Assembly (NCBI GenBank): GCA_951406725.2
Contig: OX597833.1
Span: forward strand, 54,808,001 to 54,872,000
Source: Octopus vulgaris
Lineage: Eukaryota
Direction of reading: 5' to 3'
DNA: 64,000 bases
Under the pieces are notes generated by a model. The model was not told where the DNA came from, did not search any database, and saw only the letters and a program-made list of their open reading frames with translations. This document shows, in pieces, positions 25,526 to 39,367 of the stretch. The position numbers and the translations under genes were made by a program. Numbering within the stretch: position 1 is the first letter of the stretch; every line of letters begins with the position of its first letter.

Positions 25526-27329
25526 CCCTAGTCCATAACATTAAGCAGAGGATATAGCAATGTTTGGAAGCCTTTATTTTTGATAACGTCTTTGATTATT
25601 ATGAGCAGTTTTCACTGATGTGTGTTATGTTTGTGTATGTTTATATTTATTTCCAAAAGTACCTGTTTTACAAAAATGGGATACAAGATCACGGAACCAT
25701 AACTGGCAACCACCGTGCCATAGCTAGCAAAACAGGAAACAACTTCAGAAAAATAGTTTAAGACAAACAAACATCTTGAAAACACACCTTTAGTTGGTCT
25801 AGATATACAAGATAAGAACTAACAGGATTGAATTAAGGAAAAAAAAAACAGGTTATCAGTAATGGTTCGACTGCTGAAGGATGGCTAGACAAATGGGACA
25901 ACTTCTGAACAACAAGATGACACATAATTAAACTGTAAAAAAGACCAATGCTAACGGTATACTACAAGAAATGAAGCCAACCATGCACAATGCCGTATGT
26001 ACAACATTACAAAACATTGGGAACAAACCAGTGGAGATATGATGACCATGAAGAAAATAGTATAAAAATGTATTTAAAACAGGAATTGAACACCTTCATC
26101 ATCATCATCATCGTTTAACGTCCGCTTTCCATGCTAGCATGGGTTGGACGATTTTGACTAAGGGCTGGCGAACCAGATGGTTGCACCAGGGTCCAGTCTT
26201 GATCTGGCAGAGTTTCTACAGCTGGATGCCCTTCCTAATGTCGACCACTCCGAGAGTGTAGTGGGTGCTTTTTACGTGCCACCGGCACGGGGGCCAGTGA
26301 GGCGGTACTGGCAACGACCTCGCTCGAATCCTTTTACACGTTAAAAAAACAAAAAAACATTACACATTACCATTAAAAACAAACCGAAAAAGAATTGAGT
26401 TTGAATATGCAGTATGCATCATATGTTTTTAGATCTTAATTCCTCTTGTTAACAAGTTAGAACACTGAAATGAATGTACAGGTGGATATATATATATATA
26501 TATATGTATATATTATTTATAAATGTTCTAAAATTAACACAGCCTTGGTTTGTTATCTCATTACGGAAATAAAATATTTTATATACACACGCTGGTATAT
26601 GACCTAAGTTGGACCCCTTATTCGCATAATCACCGTACCATAGCACTTATTCAGCATTACCTGACACCTGTGGGTCTCACTGACACCATTACCTCTCATA
26701 ACCTCTCTCTCTCTCTCTATGTATATATATACATACACACACATAAACCTTGTTTGGCAACAGGAAGGGTACCCAGCTGTAGAAAATCTGCCTTAAATTC
26801 CATCTGGCCCATGTAACCCAGAAAAAGTGACTGTTAAATGGTGAGGATATGTAATTGTCTTAATAATTTTAATGTCCACTTTTTCATGCTTGCATGGGTC
26901 AAACGAAATTGGTTGAGGCAGATTTTCTATAACCTGATACTCTTCCTTTCATCAACTCTCACTTGTTTCCAAGTAAACTAGTAAATCTCCTTTAATCCCT
27001 TGTACAAGGACTGGAATTGTTTACATGGAGAATTGCAAATGAACACCATCATTTGTACAGTGGTGGTGACATAGAAGAAAGAGACACAAATACAGGCATA
27101 TATATGTAAACGAAAAGAAGCCCATTATATGTACATGTACATACATGTCAATCAATTTATTCACAAGGCTGTGGTCAGTTTGGCCTCATAGCTAGAGACA
27201 TTTGTCCAAGGTGCAGCAGAGTGGGACGAAACCAGAAACTGTAGTTGTGAAGTGAAACTGTTAATCACATATGCATGCACACATGTATATTTGTATTTGT
27301 ATATACATCACTTTTTAAAGTTATTTGTA

Positions 27330-27722
27330 GGTGTAGGAGTGGTGAGTAGCTTGCTTAGCAACCACATGGTTCCTGGTTCAGTCCCACTTCGTAGCACCTT
27401 GGGAAAGTGTCTTCTACTATAGCCTCGGGTCGACCAAAGCCTTGTGAGTGGATATGGCAGACGGAAACTGAAAGAAACCCATCATATATATGTGTGCATG
27501 TATATATATATATGTATGTATGTGTGTATATGTTTGTGTGTCTGTGTTTGTCCCCTCCAACATTGCTTGACAACCGATGCTTGTGTGTTTACATCCCCGT
27601 TACTTAATGGTTTGGCAAAAGAGACCGATAGAATAAGTACTGGACTTACAAAGAATAAGTCGACGAAAGGCGGTGCTCCAGCATGGTCGCAGTCAAATGA
27701 CTGAAACAAGTAAAAGAGAGTA
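27330..27722 (+). mobile_element. SINE family A
   Basis: Matches the 12075 copy. Confidence 0.8.
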
Positions 27723-28179
27723 AAGAGACCTTTTATAGAAATTAGAGCCAGCACTGAAAGTTATGACATTTCGTATATGAATACATCTAAGTAAACAATG
27801 TGATAAAAAATAGAAAAATATTGTAACTTTAAAATTGCATTGCTAACACCAGTGGGATACAGTATTTACTTATAAGCCTTTAATATAGTTAGTAGCATAT
27901 TATGGTTGCACAATGAATATGGTTACACTGCCAGCAATTTATATATATAAATGTAAGATCCAAGAATTGAGGTGTAGGAAGAAAGTTAGCTTCTAGCAAT
28001 TGATAGAAAATATAAGAAGCAACTCTCAGGAACAATAGTGGTTTAATGAGGTGGAAGGTTGTGGATTTTTATTGTTTTTTGTATCGAATGATAAGCTGAA
28101 AAAATTTGTTTTATATTTCACAGTAGGCAGCCAAGGTTGCCAGGAATGTGAATAAAAATACAAGAATTAAGGAATTAGA

Positions 28180-28583
28180 GCAGCGAGCTGGGTAGTAAAT
28201 AAATAGGTATTTTGTCTGCCGTTACATTGTGAGTTCAAATTCTGCTGAGGTTGACTTTGCCTTTCATCCTTTTGGGGTCGATAAATTAAGTAAGTACCAG
28301 TTACGCACTGGGGTTGACGTAATCGACTTAATCCCTTTGTCTGTTCTTGTTTGTCCCCTCTTTGTTTAGCCCCTTGTGGGTAGTAAATAAATAGGTATTT
28401 TGTCTGCCGTTACATTGTGAGTTCAAATTCTGCTGAGGTTGACTTTGCCTTTCATCCTTTTGGGGTCAATAAATTAAGTAAGTACCAGTTATGCACTGGG
28501 GTTGACGTAATCGACTTAATCCCTTTCTCTGTCCTTGTTTGTCCCCTCTTTGTTTAGCCCCTTGTGGGCAATAAAGAAATAAG
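28180..28583 (+). mobile_element. SINE family B, head-truncated tandem dimer with TSD
   Basis: Two near-identical body units; flanking direct repeat aagaattaaggaat. Confidence 0.85.
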
Positions 28584-30017
28584 AATTAAGGAATGGAGTA
28601 AAGAAAATCCTGGTTACATATGTTTCATAGTGAGCAGGAGCTTGGAAGTGGTAAATATCCAAGCGAGGTGTTTACCGCTGGCTACTCTTCAGGCCAAGGA
28701 CAGCTTGATTAAATAAAGCTTACATCGTCATAAGGAGGTACGTGTTAACATACGGAATATTCAAGCAGAACATGTAGCGAGCACGGTTATATAGATAGAC
28801 ACACACGTACATACATTTATTACATTATTTCTGTGCTGGGATGGGTTGAAGAGTTTTTCTTGTGTGCCTGTGTTTGTCCCCCAACATCACTTGACAACCG
28901 ATGCTTGTGTGTTTACATCCCCATTACTTAGCGGTTCGGCAAAAGAGACCGATAGAATAAGTACTTCTATCTTAGATGCCTTTCCTGTCACCAGCCTTTA
29001 TCTGTTTTCAAGTAAGATACTTTATAGCACAAAGAACTGCGAGACACTATTTTTACAGAACATAACAAACATCACTGTTGCTCATGTGTTGTCATTGTGA
29101 AGAGACACAGACAAATACATGCACATGCATTTATATTCACATACACATATGTCAGGCTTCTGTATAGTTTCTCTCTACCATCCGAGCGTGATCGTTGCCA
29201 GAGCAGCCAACCTGCTTCCGTACCCATGGTACGTACAAGGGCACTATTTGAGCGTGATCATTACCAACGTCGCTTCACTGGCATGTGTAAAAAGATTTGT
29301 GCGAGGTCATTGCCAGTACCGCCTGACTGGCCCCCATGCTGGTGGCACGTAAAAAGCACCCACTACACTCTCGGAGTGGTTGGCGTTAGGATGGGCATCC
29401 AGCAGTAGAAACTCTACCAGATCAAGATTGGAGCCTGGTGCAGCCATCTGGCTCGCCAGCCCTCAGTCAAAATTGTCCAACCCATGCTAGCATGGAAAGC
29501 GGACGTTAAACGATGATGATGAATGCTTTATTAATGTGAGGCTATTGTAGAAAACACATGCCCAAGGTGTCACACTGGTATAGAATCTAAAACCATATGG
29601 TTACAAAACATGTCTTAATCCACACAACTATATGTGTGTGTGTGTGTGTGCTTGTATATATTTATATATGTAAATTCCTGCACTCACTGATGCATGCAAA
29701 AAAATGTACTTATTGAACAAACAAGGAAGTGAGTACTTAATACGTGAAAGTTATGTTGTTTATTTGTTCTGAATATTTATCTTGCAACAAGTGTTATGTG
29801 GCAATTTATTAAGTCTGTACACTCTTGTACACAAAAATAGTTCCAGAGCATGCTCATTGTGCATCACTGACAAATTAAACCTCATTACACTAAACAAGAG
29901 ATTATTTCTCAATGTATTCACCAAAACAAATTTATCTTTAATAAACTGTCTGCACTTCCAAACAGGATAAAACAGTCACCAAGGAAGCAAGTTTCAACAC
30001 ATTGCTCTTTTACTATA

Positions 30018-30387
30018 TTACTTGTTTCAGTCATTTGACTGTGACCGTGCTGGTGCACCGCCTTTTTAGTCGAGCAAATCGACCCCGGGACTTATTCTTT
30101 GTATGCCCAGTACTTATTGTATTGATCTCTTTTGCTGAACTGCTAAGTTACAGGGACATAAATACACCAGCATCAGTTGTCAAGCAATGCTAGGGGGACA
30201 AACACAGACACACAAACATACATATATATAACGGCCTTCTTTGAGTTTCCGTCTACCAAATCCACTCACAAGGCTTTGGTCGGCCTGAGGCTATAGTAGA
30301 AGACACTTGCCCAAGGTGTCACACAGTGGGACTGAACCCGGAACCATGTGGTTGGTAAGCAAGTTACTTACCTCACAGCCACTCCTG
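30018..30387 (-). mobile_element. SINE family A
   Basis: Reverse complement match to the family. Confidence 0.8.
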
Positions 30388-31242
30388 AAGAAAAAAAGAA
30401 ACCAAGCCACAAGAACATTTGACCTACATTAATCTTGACAATACACCACATAAAGACAAGCCTGAACAATTACCCTACCGTAGATAATTGATATTTCTCA
30501 TGAAATACAAAATCTACACCCACAAACAGTTCATGAAATCTTTAATCTTGGCCAAAACAAAACTGAAACACACATAAAAGAACATAGGAGGAATACATAG
30601 AGGAAACAACCAATCAAAAATCACTCAACTGTGAATCCTTATATAAAGACTCCTGAAATGCAAGACTTTTTCAGGGACAAATTTCTTCACAAATACTCTG
30701 CCTCTGATGAGAGAAGCAAACTTGACCAAAACAAACAAACATGACACAGATCCTTCACAATTAAGCAAGCCCTTAATGAGATCACCAGATACATTTCGGT
30801 AAGTGACTAACATGATGAGATAAGCAAAGCTACAAGTATCTAAACAGAATCCTAACCAATGAATTTAATGAAAATAAACATTAGTTACCAACAAGTGAAA
30901 GCAAGCGGCCAAAACAGTTAACAGATGAGACAGATGATAAAAAGCAACCAAGAGAAACAAAGCAGAGAACATAGCAACTAACAAGAGACCACACCCACTT
31001 GAGTAGATATAAATGAACAGCCATAACGAAGTTGTAAATGTTCTCAGATTGCTGTGGTGTGAAACATGAGAGGCAAAATTAAATTCAATCTAAATAAACT
31101 AATATATATGTGTGTGTGTATATATATATATATATGTATATATATTTATAATAATAATATGAGGGAATATTATTCCAAACTTACAGGGAAAAATTTATAT
31201 ATTTATAAATACATACATATATATATATATATATATGTGTGT

Positions 31243-31545
31243 GTGGAGGCGCAATGGCCTAGTGGTTAGGGCAGCGGACTTGCAGTCGTAGGATCGCGGT
31301 TTAGATTCCCAGACCGGGCGTTGTGAGTGTTTATTGAGCGAAAACACCTAAAGCTCCACGAGGCTCCTGCAGGGGGTGCTGGCGATCCCTGCTGTACTCT
31401 TTCGCCACAGCTTTCTCTCACTCTTTCTTCTGTTGGCCTGCTCGCTTAGCCAGCAGGGTGGCGTCATTTGAAGGCTAAAACAGTGTGAAGCGCATTGTGA
31501 CCAGCGATGTGTAACAACATCTGATGGCCTGGTCAGTCACAGTGA
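31243..31545 (+). mobile_element. tRNA-derived SINE family D
   Basis: gtggaggcgcaatggcctagtggttagggcagcggact... head; related copy at 53115-53410 on minus. Confidence 0.8.
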
Positions 31546-32640
31546 TATATATGTATGTGTGTATATACATTAAATCATACATATGATGATGGCATAGCTG
31601 GATTAAGATGGCCGAGACCGTGTCTCTGTCTCGTCATGATCTCATTGAAACTCGGATCAATTAGTGAAAGTTTCATCAATTGTATTGAATCAACCATTTT
31701 TGTGAGAGCTGGCTCTAGTCTACTCATATGGCTATGCATATATGTATATGAATATGTGTGTGTGTGTTGCGGGCATGTCTGTGGTTTCAGTTTTTTTTAG
31801 TTAAAGCTATGGCTTTAAATTTGCCCAGAGTTACCTCTCTTGAGTATTTCCTATTGATAACAGTTAAAGAGCTAGAAAAGCTGTATCTGGGAATCCAATA
31901 GGGAATAGCATTGAGCAGATATGGTGTTTTTACACCTCTTTCCCATAAGACACATTTTAACTAAAATTTGCTTGTGCCTAATCACTACTTGGCACTTATA
32001 CTGCTTATTTCAGTTCAGTCCCATTGTGTGGCATCCCGGATAAATGTTTTCTACTCTAGCCCTGACCCAACCATATCCTTGTAAGAGGATTTGGTAGAAG
32101 GTAACAGAATCGTGTGTGTGTGTGTTTGTGTTCGTGTCCTGACATTACATGACTGTTGTAAATGAATGCCATTTCCAATATTCTGCCAAATCAATTTTTG
32201 GCCAGTGGGGAATATTACCTTGCTTGGAAACAGGTATGGGTTGGTAACAGGAAGAGTATCCAGCTGTAGAAAATCCACGTGTACTGTATGGACAAGCCAT
32301 ACAAATATGGAAAAGTGGGTGTTATATATGTTAAAGTAGTGAGAAAAGGCAAACAATTAATCAATGCATGACAAGGACATTTAATTTAATTCAATCTAAA
32401 TTTACTAAATTAAATTGACTTAAATGTCCTGGTCATGCCTTGCCTAATTGTTCGCCTGTTCTCACTACTTTAACCTACACCTGCTGACTCAAAGGCAAAC
32501 AACCTTCAGCTGTTTTGAACAAGACAATCACATAACCATAACTTCTGCTGCTGTTCAAACTGGAATTTTGGTGGCACATCTATTTGAGCACTCAGAACGC
32601 ATACTTATAAGTGTGAGTCATCCTGACGAAAACTCATATC

Positions 32641-32674
<34 letters not shown>

Positions 32675-33630
32675 TGGAGTAAGCACATAAATGTGAAACA
32701 AGGTGGAAAAAAGTACTCAAATACAAGAGGTAGAGTAATATGCTTTATTTAAATAAAGTGTGTTATATATATATATGTGTGGCACTTTGGGTAGGTGTCT
32801 TCCACTATAGCCCCGAGCCGACCGGAGCTTTGTGATTGAATTCCGTAGGTGGAAGTTACTGCCGTGTGTGTATGTGTGCGTATAGCTGCTCAGTGCCTCT
32901 CCGAAAGAGAGAGAGGGATATTTGGAGTGTTTTGGAAATTCCTAGATACAGTTATAATATTTGGGGAGAAGATCTTTTCTCAAAGATTTAAGATTGCGAA
33001 GCAAAAGCCATACACATTTTATGAAATCTCTTCCGAAAGGTTTTTTTTCTCAATCTTTACTCTTTGAGAAAAAATCTCTCCAAATACACACACACACACA
33101 TCATTGTTTTAATATCCACTTTGCCATGCTTGCATGAGTAGGACAGATTATTGTGGTAGATTTTCTATGGTCAAACGCCCCTTCCTCTGTGTGTGTGTAT
33201 TTGTGTTCTTGACCTGATATTACATGACTGTTATAAATGAATGCCATTCATTTCCAGTATTCTGCCAAATCATTTTTTCTAGGGGCCAGATGGGGAATTT
33301 GTTTCTTTCCTTGTCGCAAACCATCACCAGTTTCCAAGTGAGGTAATATTTTTCCCATAACCAGCTTGGCTTATTCATGCGAGAATATTGGAAGTGAACG
33401 ACACTGCTTGTATGACAGTGATACTCATTTCCATGCTTCTAGGGGCCAGATGGAATTTGTTAATGCAGGTTTTCTGTCGCAAACCCTCACCAGTTTCCAA
33501 GTGAGGTAATATTTTTCCCATAACCAGACATGGTTTTCATGGAGGACTGGAAACAAACATCAGTTGTATGAAAGTGATACTTGTCTGCAATTATCACTTG
33601 TCAATGGCACACACATATATGTTTATGATA

Positions 33631-33694
<64 letters not shown>

Positions 33695-33695
<1 letters not shown>

Positions 33696-33952
33696 TAGTT
33701 ATATACTGTCAACTTAATGTGACAGTCCCATAAAAGGAATCACACTACTGCTATTTAGCCCTAGGAAGCAGCAACGCTTCCCGTCGGCCTTGACACATTT
33801 CCTGTCTCCTTATGTTTACAAGGGGGAGACAAGCACCTCCACCCAGCTATGCCTGCATCCAGAGACTAGTTTCTGAGTCTTGCTCGTCATCAGTCTGGAG
33901 TAGCAAGGCCTGATAGTTGGAGATGCATATCTAGCTCTTGTAAACATATAAG
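33695..33952 (-). mobile_element. Second member of the hammerhead-rod element family (single arm)
   Basis: Arm tatactgtcaa...tagccctaggaagca...tgacacattt..ctgtctccttat is homologous to 19011-19134; inserted next to (TA)n(GA)n. Confidence 0.75.
33858..33899 (-). ncRNA. Type I hammerhead ribozyme, canonical core
   Basis: tccaga-CTGATGA-c-gag-caaga-ctc-a-GAAAC-TA-GT-C-tctgga; palindromic stem III ACTAGT; first stem II pair is a C-A mismatch. Confidence 0.8.
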
Positions 33953-36479
33953 AATTCTAGTGAAATGAATTTACAAGTGTCTTTCAGTTTCCATCTACCA
34001 AATTCTCATACAGCCCTGCTTGCATATTTCATTTTTGTACATATTTGTTTCACACCTGTTTTTCCATGCTTGCTTGGGTTGGACAAATATGTGGGGGTAT
34101 TATTTTACAGCCAGATGCTCTTCCACACGCTAACCCTTACTTGCTTTTCAAGTAAGAAATCATTCCACATGGTTTAGAAAGCATGATGAAACTCCTTGTA
34201 GGTATTGTTGGCAGGAAGTGACAACATCTGCTCCTGTTTTGCAATTGTAATTTCAGATGTAAAGAAATACACAGTCATACACACAAATATGTGTGTGTGA
34301 TGAAGAATGGAATTGATAATCAGGTGAATACTTTTTAAGCACTCGGTAGGAATCGAACTAGGATCACCAAATTGACCTGTAAAAGTCATTGTAATCTGCA
34401 AAGTCCATAAATTTACATTCTGTTACCTATCCAATTAGTAATCCAAAGTTCATACAGTGAATAAATTCAATATAAGGTATAGTAGAATGGCACAAATGAA
34501 TGAAAAATTAGACTCTTCCAATCAGCTTACTTACGTTTCGGATACATGGGTATTACATAATTCTGATTTATTAATCATGTATATTAATCAATCTATATTT
34601 GACATCTAAAATTCTACAGCGATCAAGAAATTAACCAATCACATCATTGAAACCTCAAAGCTATAAGATAATGCATGATTAATTCAAAACAATTTGAGTG
34701 AAAAAGTATTACATTTAACAGAATAATCTGAACACTAAAGGGTTAATCATGCATATTAATCAATCTATATTTGACATCTAAAATTCTACAGCGATCAAGA
34801 AATTAACACCAATGTGTCTTCCTCAAAGCTTCATCACGCTGTTTGGAAGAGAGAATAGAGAATATTTTAAGGGAGATAGTAGTAAACTTATCAGTATTTG
34901 GCCAGAACATGTGGTTGGTTCGTGTACCAGCAGATCTCCTTCAGAATTGTATGGTTAAATTAGTATTGTAATTTGATGCAGCGAAAATCCCTACTGTTTT
35001 TAAACTGTTGTTGACCTCAACAAATACATAGCTAAAGTTGTTTCTAAGGTATTATTTAGGACACACTAGAATGTTATTTCATCAGTATCAATTTTATATG
35101 TAGGATTTCGGTGGAAGACATGTTTGTTAGTGAGAATGCCCTAGGAAATAATCAGTATGTTATTTACTATGATATTTGTTCTGTTTAGAAGAGATTGTTT
35201 TTCTTAAAGGAATAAATATTTAAAGTTTAAAATTTAAGATAATTGCAATATGGTTAAAGATAACCTAAGGTAAAAAAGAAAAGAAAAAAAGAAATTGAAT
35301 TTAAATTAATTAGAAATAAAAGTAAGGGTAAAATTAATCAAAATAAATAGAAAAGTAATTGAAAATAATTAAAAAATTATTAAATCCACTTGTAGAGTTT
35401 TAAAATTTTAATGATAATAATAACAGTAATCACAATAATAATTGAAGTAATTGATATAATAGCAATCATAATTAGAAAATAAAGTAAAGGTATCTTGATG
35501 AAATATAATATCTCCGATAAGTATAAGTATGCTGGATCTGGAAGGTAGACCCAACCTATTATATTAGGGTGCACTTATTAATCAGTACTTAGGAAAGCAT
35601 TTAAGTTCTTCTAAATAAGTGTGATCATCTTAATTCATTAAAAAAATTTAATATGTTGAATTTGGATGTAAGGATACACATACTCCACACAATAGGCTTC
35701 TTTCACATTTTTGCCTATCAGATGCACTCAATATGACTTTGACCCACCTAGGGCTGTAGAGAGGACATTTGACCAAGTGGGAACTGAATCCAAAACTACG
35801 TTATTGGGAAATGATACTATCAACCACATAGTGATGCCTGTGTTGAAAAGACAGGTAGATCCATTAAATTTGTTATCTGTAAGTCGTATTTTGGCAAAAA
35901 CATTTATCAAAATAACTGCATGATATGTACTTCAAACCCACATCAACTGTCAGAAACTGTGTACTGTATAAGTTGATGCCTGGAAGCAGCATCTGCAGAT
36001 CACCCTGAATCGTGTACAGGAGAAACATCTTGTAGTATTATCAGAAGATTACAGGATCATTGACCAGTATTCATGAGACAGCCATAATAGCTTCATAGAT
36101 AGATATAGCTAAGATGTCTTATTTACTTATATTATTGATACTGTGTTGTTATGGCAAGTTACAGAGTCTGCCTGCATAAGAGAGTACAAGTTAAGCCTGG
36201 AACAATGTGTGTATGTTTGTTTCCCCCCGCCAATATCGCTTGACAACCGATGCTGGTGTGTTTGCGACCCCGTAACTTAGCAGTTCGGTAAAAAAGACGG
36301 ATAGAATAAGTACTAGGCTTACAAAGAATAAGTCCTGGGGGTCGATTTGCTCGACTAAAGGCGTGATGCTCCAGCATGGCCGCAGTCAAATGACTGAAAC
36401 AAGTAAAGAGTGAAGAGTATATATATAAACACAAATACATACATACACATATATCGATATGGATGGAGGTGTGTGTGTG

Positions 36480-36516
<37 letters not shown>

Positions 36517-36849
36517 TTACATGTGTTAATTCATCTTTGTCTTGACATCCTGTGGTTAACATAAACAAGTGTCGCCTGACATTCAAAACGTGACGTTCAT
36601 TTGCAGTCTCATCCGTGGAAAACATATCCGGCTTTTGTGCTTTTCACGTCCAAAGGATTATAGGAAATATTCCCTCCCTTGCGGGGGAAAAAACTGATAG
36701 GTTGTTGACAGGGAGAGTATTCGGACATAAAATATCTCTCTGAACGAATCTCGTGTAACTTATGCAAGCTTCGAAAAGTAGATATTAAAAGCGACGATGA
36801 TAATAATATATATATATATGTGTGTATGTATGTATGTATGTATGTCTAC

Positions 36850-37210
36850 GAAGATGACTCTTGCAAGACCCTGCCTCAGTAAAGCTGGACTCAAGAGTCA
36901 TCTTCGTAGTCATAAAGCGAGACAGATGAGTGACAACCTGGCCACTGGTGGTGGTGTAACACACCATACTAATCATATCTGTCGGGCATGTGGAAGAGTG
37001 TAATTCGGCAGGAGGACTTAAACGACATGCAAAGGTATATGAAGCCCAGTTACAACTACAGCCGGCTATTACCAGTAAAGGTTTAAGTTGCCAATTCTGT
37101 ACAAGACATTGTAGATCTTTAGCTTGGCTAAAGTCACATTCGATCACAGCACCAATAACAGTTAAGCTTCGTGCAATGGCCATACTCGATAACGAGGGGG
37201 CAGCCATAAT
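36850..37210 (+). mobile_element. RTE-clade LINE 3' fragment with three C2H2-like fingers
   Basis: RPCLSKAGLKSHLRSH, CRACGRVCNSAGGLKRH and CQFCTRHCRSLAWLKSH across frameshifts, embedded in a (TATG)n microsatellite. Confidence 0.7.
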
Positions 37211-37326
37211 GTATGTATATATATATATAACGGGAAGGTTTACGAAAATAAACAAAAGACGAAGGCAGGTGGAGTACAAACAAACAATTGTATTAGTATG
37301 GCGCTCAGGAATAGAAATAAAACAAG

Positions 37327-37364
37327 TCTTTTACGTTTCGAGCCTACGCTCTTCGACAGAAAGA
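37327..37364 (-). ncRNA. Minimal hammerhead-like motif with CUGUCGA core
   Basis: tcttt-CTGTCGA-a-gagc-gtag-gctc-GAAAC-GT-A-aaaga, within a repeat homologous to the 3.6-kb motif context. Confidence 0.6.
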
Positions 37365-39321
37365 TACACAGAAAAGAAACAAGGAGAGAGAGAAAAAATG
37401 CGTGTAGGAGCTAACGATCCGATATGTCGCCATAAAGCTAACCCTTTGTGGACGGGAAATCTAAGGTAATCCCCAAAACCGGCCTTCCCCATTTTCTCTC
37501 TCTCTCTCTCACACACATACGTATGTGTTTCTTTGTTCATATATATGTTTGTATGCGACTCTGTAATATGCTGAGAGATATTATGTCGCAATTGGTGTAT
37601 TAAAATAAGTTATTGTATAAATTTACGATAGATTTTGTACATTGGTCATAATCGTTAATTATATTGAGTGTTATCGTTACAGTGGTCATTATTTTTAATT
37701 ATATTGGTTAATATAGCAGCAGTGGGCTCATTAATATTAATTACATCGTTGCATCGATCACTAGTATTTGTGTTAATTATTTTGATTCCGTTTGATTGAA
37801 GCAACGGAGTTAAAATTCTGTCGGGTCGGTATTCAGTATTCAACAGAGTCGAGTATGTTACAAATACTTAACAAGCTTATCTTTTACAGAGGAGTGAAAA
37901 TGTGTTACCGAACCCAGCAGTTTTTGAACTGACGAGACAATATGCCGAAACTAGTTAACCAAAGCGATGCATCTCTGAATGTGTTAAATCAGGGGTGGGG
38001 GAGACTTTTTAGTGCGGCGGGGATAAATTTCATAAGAAAAAGGTCCGCGGGCAGATCACAAGTTCTAATTCTTATATTTAGAACTTGTGACCTCTTATAT
38101 AATTAAAGTTTTAATTTCAAATCTTGCCGTGGTCGACTTTGCTTTACATCTTTACAGGGTCGATAAAATAATGCATTTGTCAAGTACTGCGGCTGATTTC
38201 CTTGACTGTGTCCTTTCCCCAAAATTCTGTCAAGCTTTATGTCCTCTTCATCCAGATAGAAGGCTATCAGAAGCGGCATAACGTAGAAACAGTATTATAG
38301 GTTTGGTAGAGTCGTTAGCACGCTGGACGAAATACTTAGCGGTGTTTTGCCCGTCACTACGTTCTGAGTTTATATTCTGCCGAAGCCGACTTAGCCTTTC
38401 ATCCTTTTGAAATCGATGAATTAAGTACCAGTAAAACCCTGGGGCCCATGTAATCGACTAGTCTCCTTCTTCCCAAATTCCCAGCCTTGTGCCTTTAGTA
38501 GAGAGGATTATTATCATTTTTTAATAATTTTTAATATAAGTTCACATTCCGCCAAGGTCGGCTTGGTCTTTCTTCTTTCCCGCATCAAGAAAGTACAAAA
38601 GAAGTATTGTAATCGATATTTGAGATATTATTTATTTTTTATTGAATTTTGTTCCCTATTAAGCATTGTCGTCAAAGAATGTATTCTTTCTGATGAAATA
38701 TGTCGATATATAACTCCTCGGAGAACTATAACATGAAGATAGGGGAAGCATGTTGCCTTATTAATTATTATTTTTCGTTGTGGTTGTTGTAACGGCTATA
38801 TATATATAAATAAAAATGTAGGTAATCCACTATAATTGAGTCGGAATTTAATGCATTAAAAAATTTAATTTCTTTAAAGAAGCGTCGTTAATTACAGTTC
38901 TATGAATAGAAAAAAAAAATTCTTCGAATTCAACTCTTCCTCTTTTCTGTAATTTTCCAGTTTTCGCGTTTTAGAATTTTATTTTTTTAAAATTCAGATT
39001 TACACTTTTTAAACAATCGGAGATAAGAACTATGTACAAATAAAATTTCTCAGATTCAGTTATTGAGTAGATTTTCAAAATTCTGATTTAAGAAAAAAAA
39101 ACTACTCGCCCCCTCCCCCCTCCTTTTGTGTATGTTTGAAACAGTTTGAGATTTCAATTCTGCAGCAAAAAGTATATTTTTCAAATTTTCAAGCTTCCAG
39201 TTTCAGGTGTTTAAATTTGAGGTGTGATGGGGTGGGGTGGGGGAATTCGAATAAAGTCTAAATTGAAAACTTACACAAAGCTCGGGGCAGTGGGGGTGGA
39301 ATGAAAAAATTGCACAATCGC

Positions 39322-39352
<31 letters not shown>

Positions 39353-39367
39353 CATACACACACTGAG

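Noticed and set aside
28631-28737. Exon-like segment (tttcatag ... GAG|gtacgt)
   Set aside because: Stops in all three frames and no recognisable product; cannot be supported as coding
36850-37210. Host C2H2 zinc-finger gene
   Set aside because: Frameshifted, no TGEKP linkers, resembles the RTE 3' end at 7.3 kb
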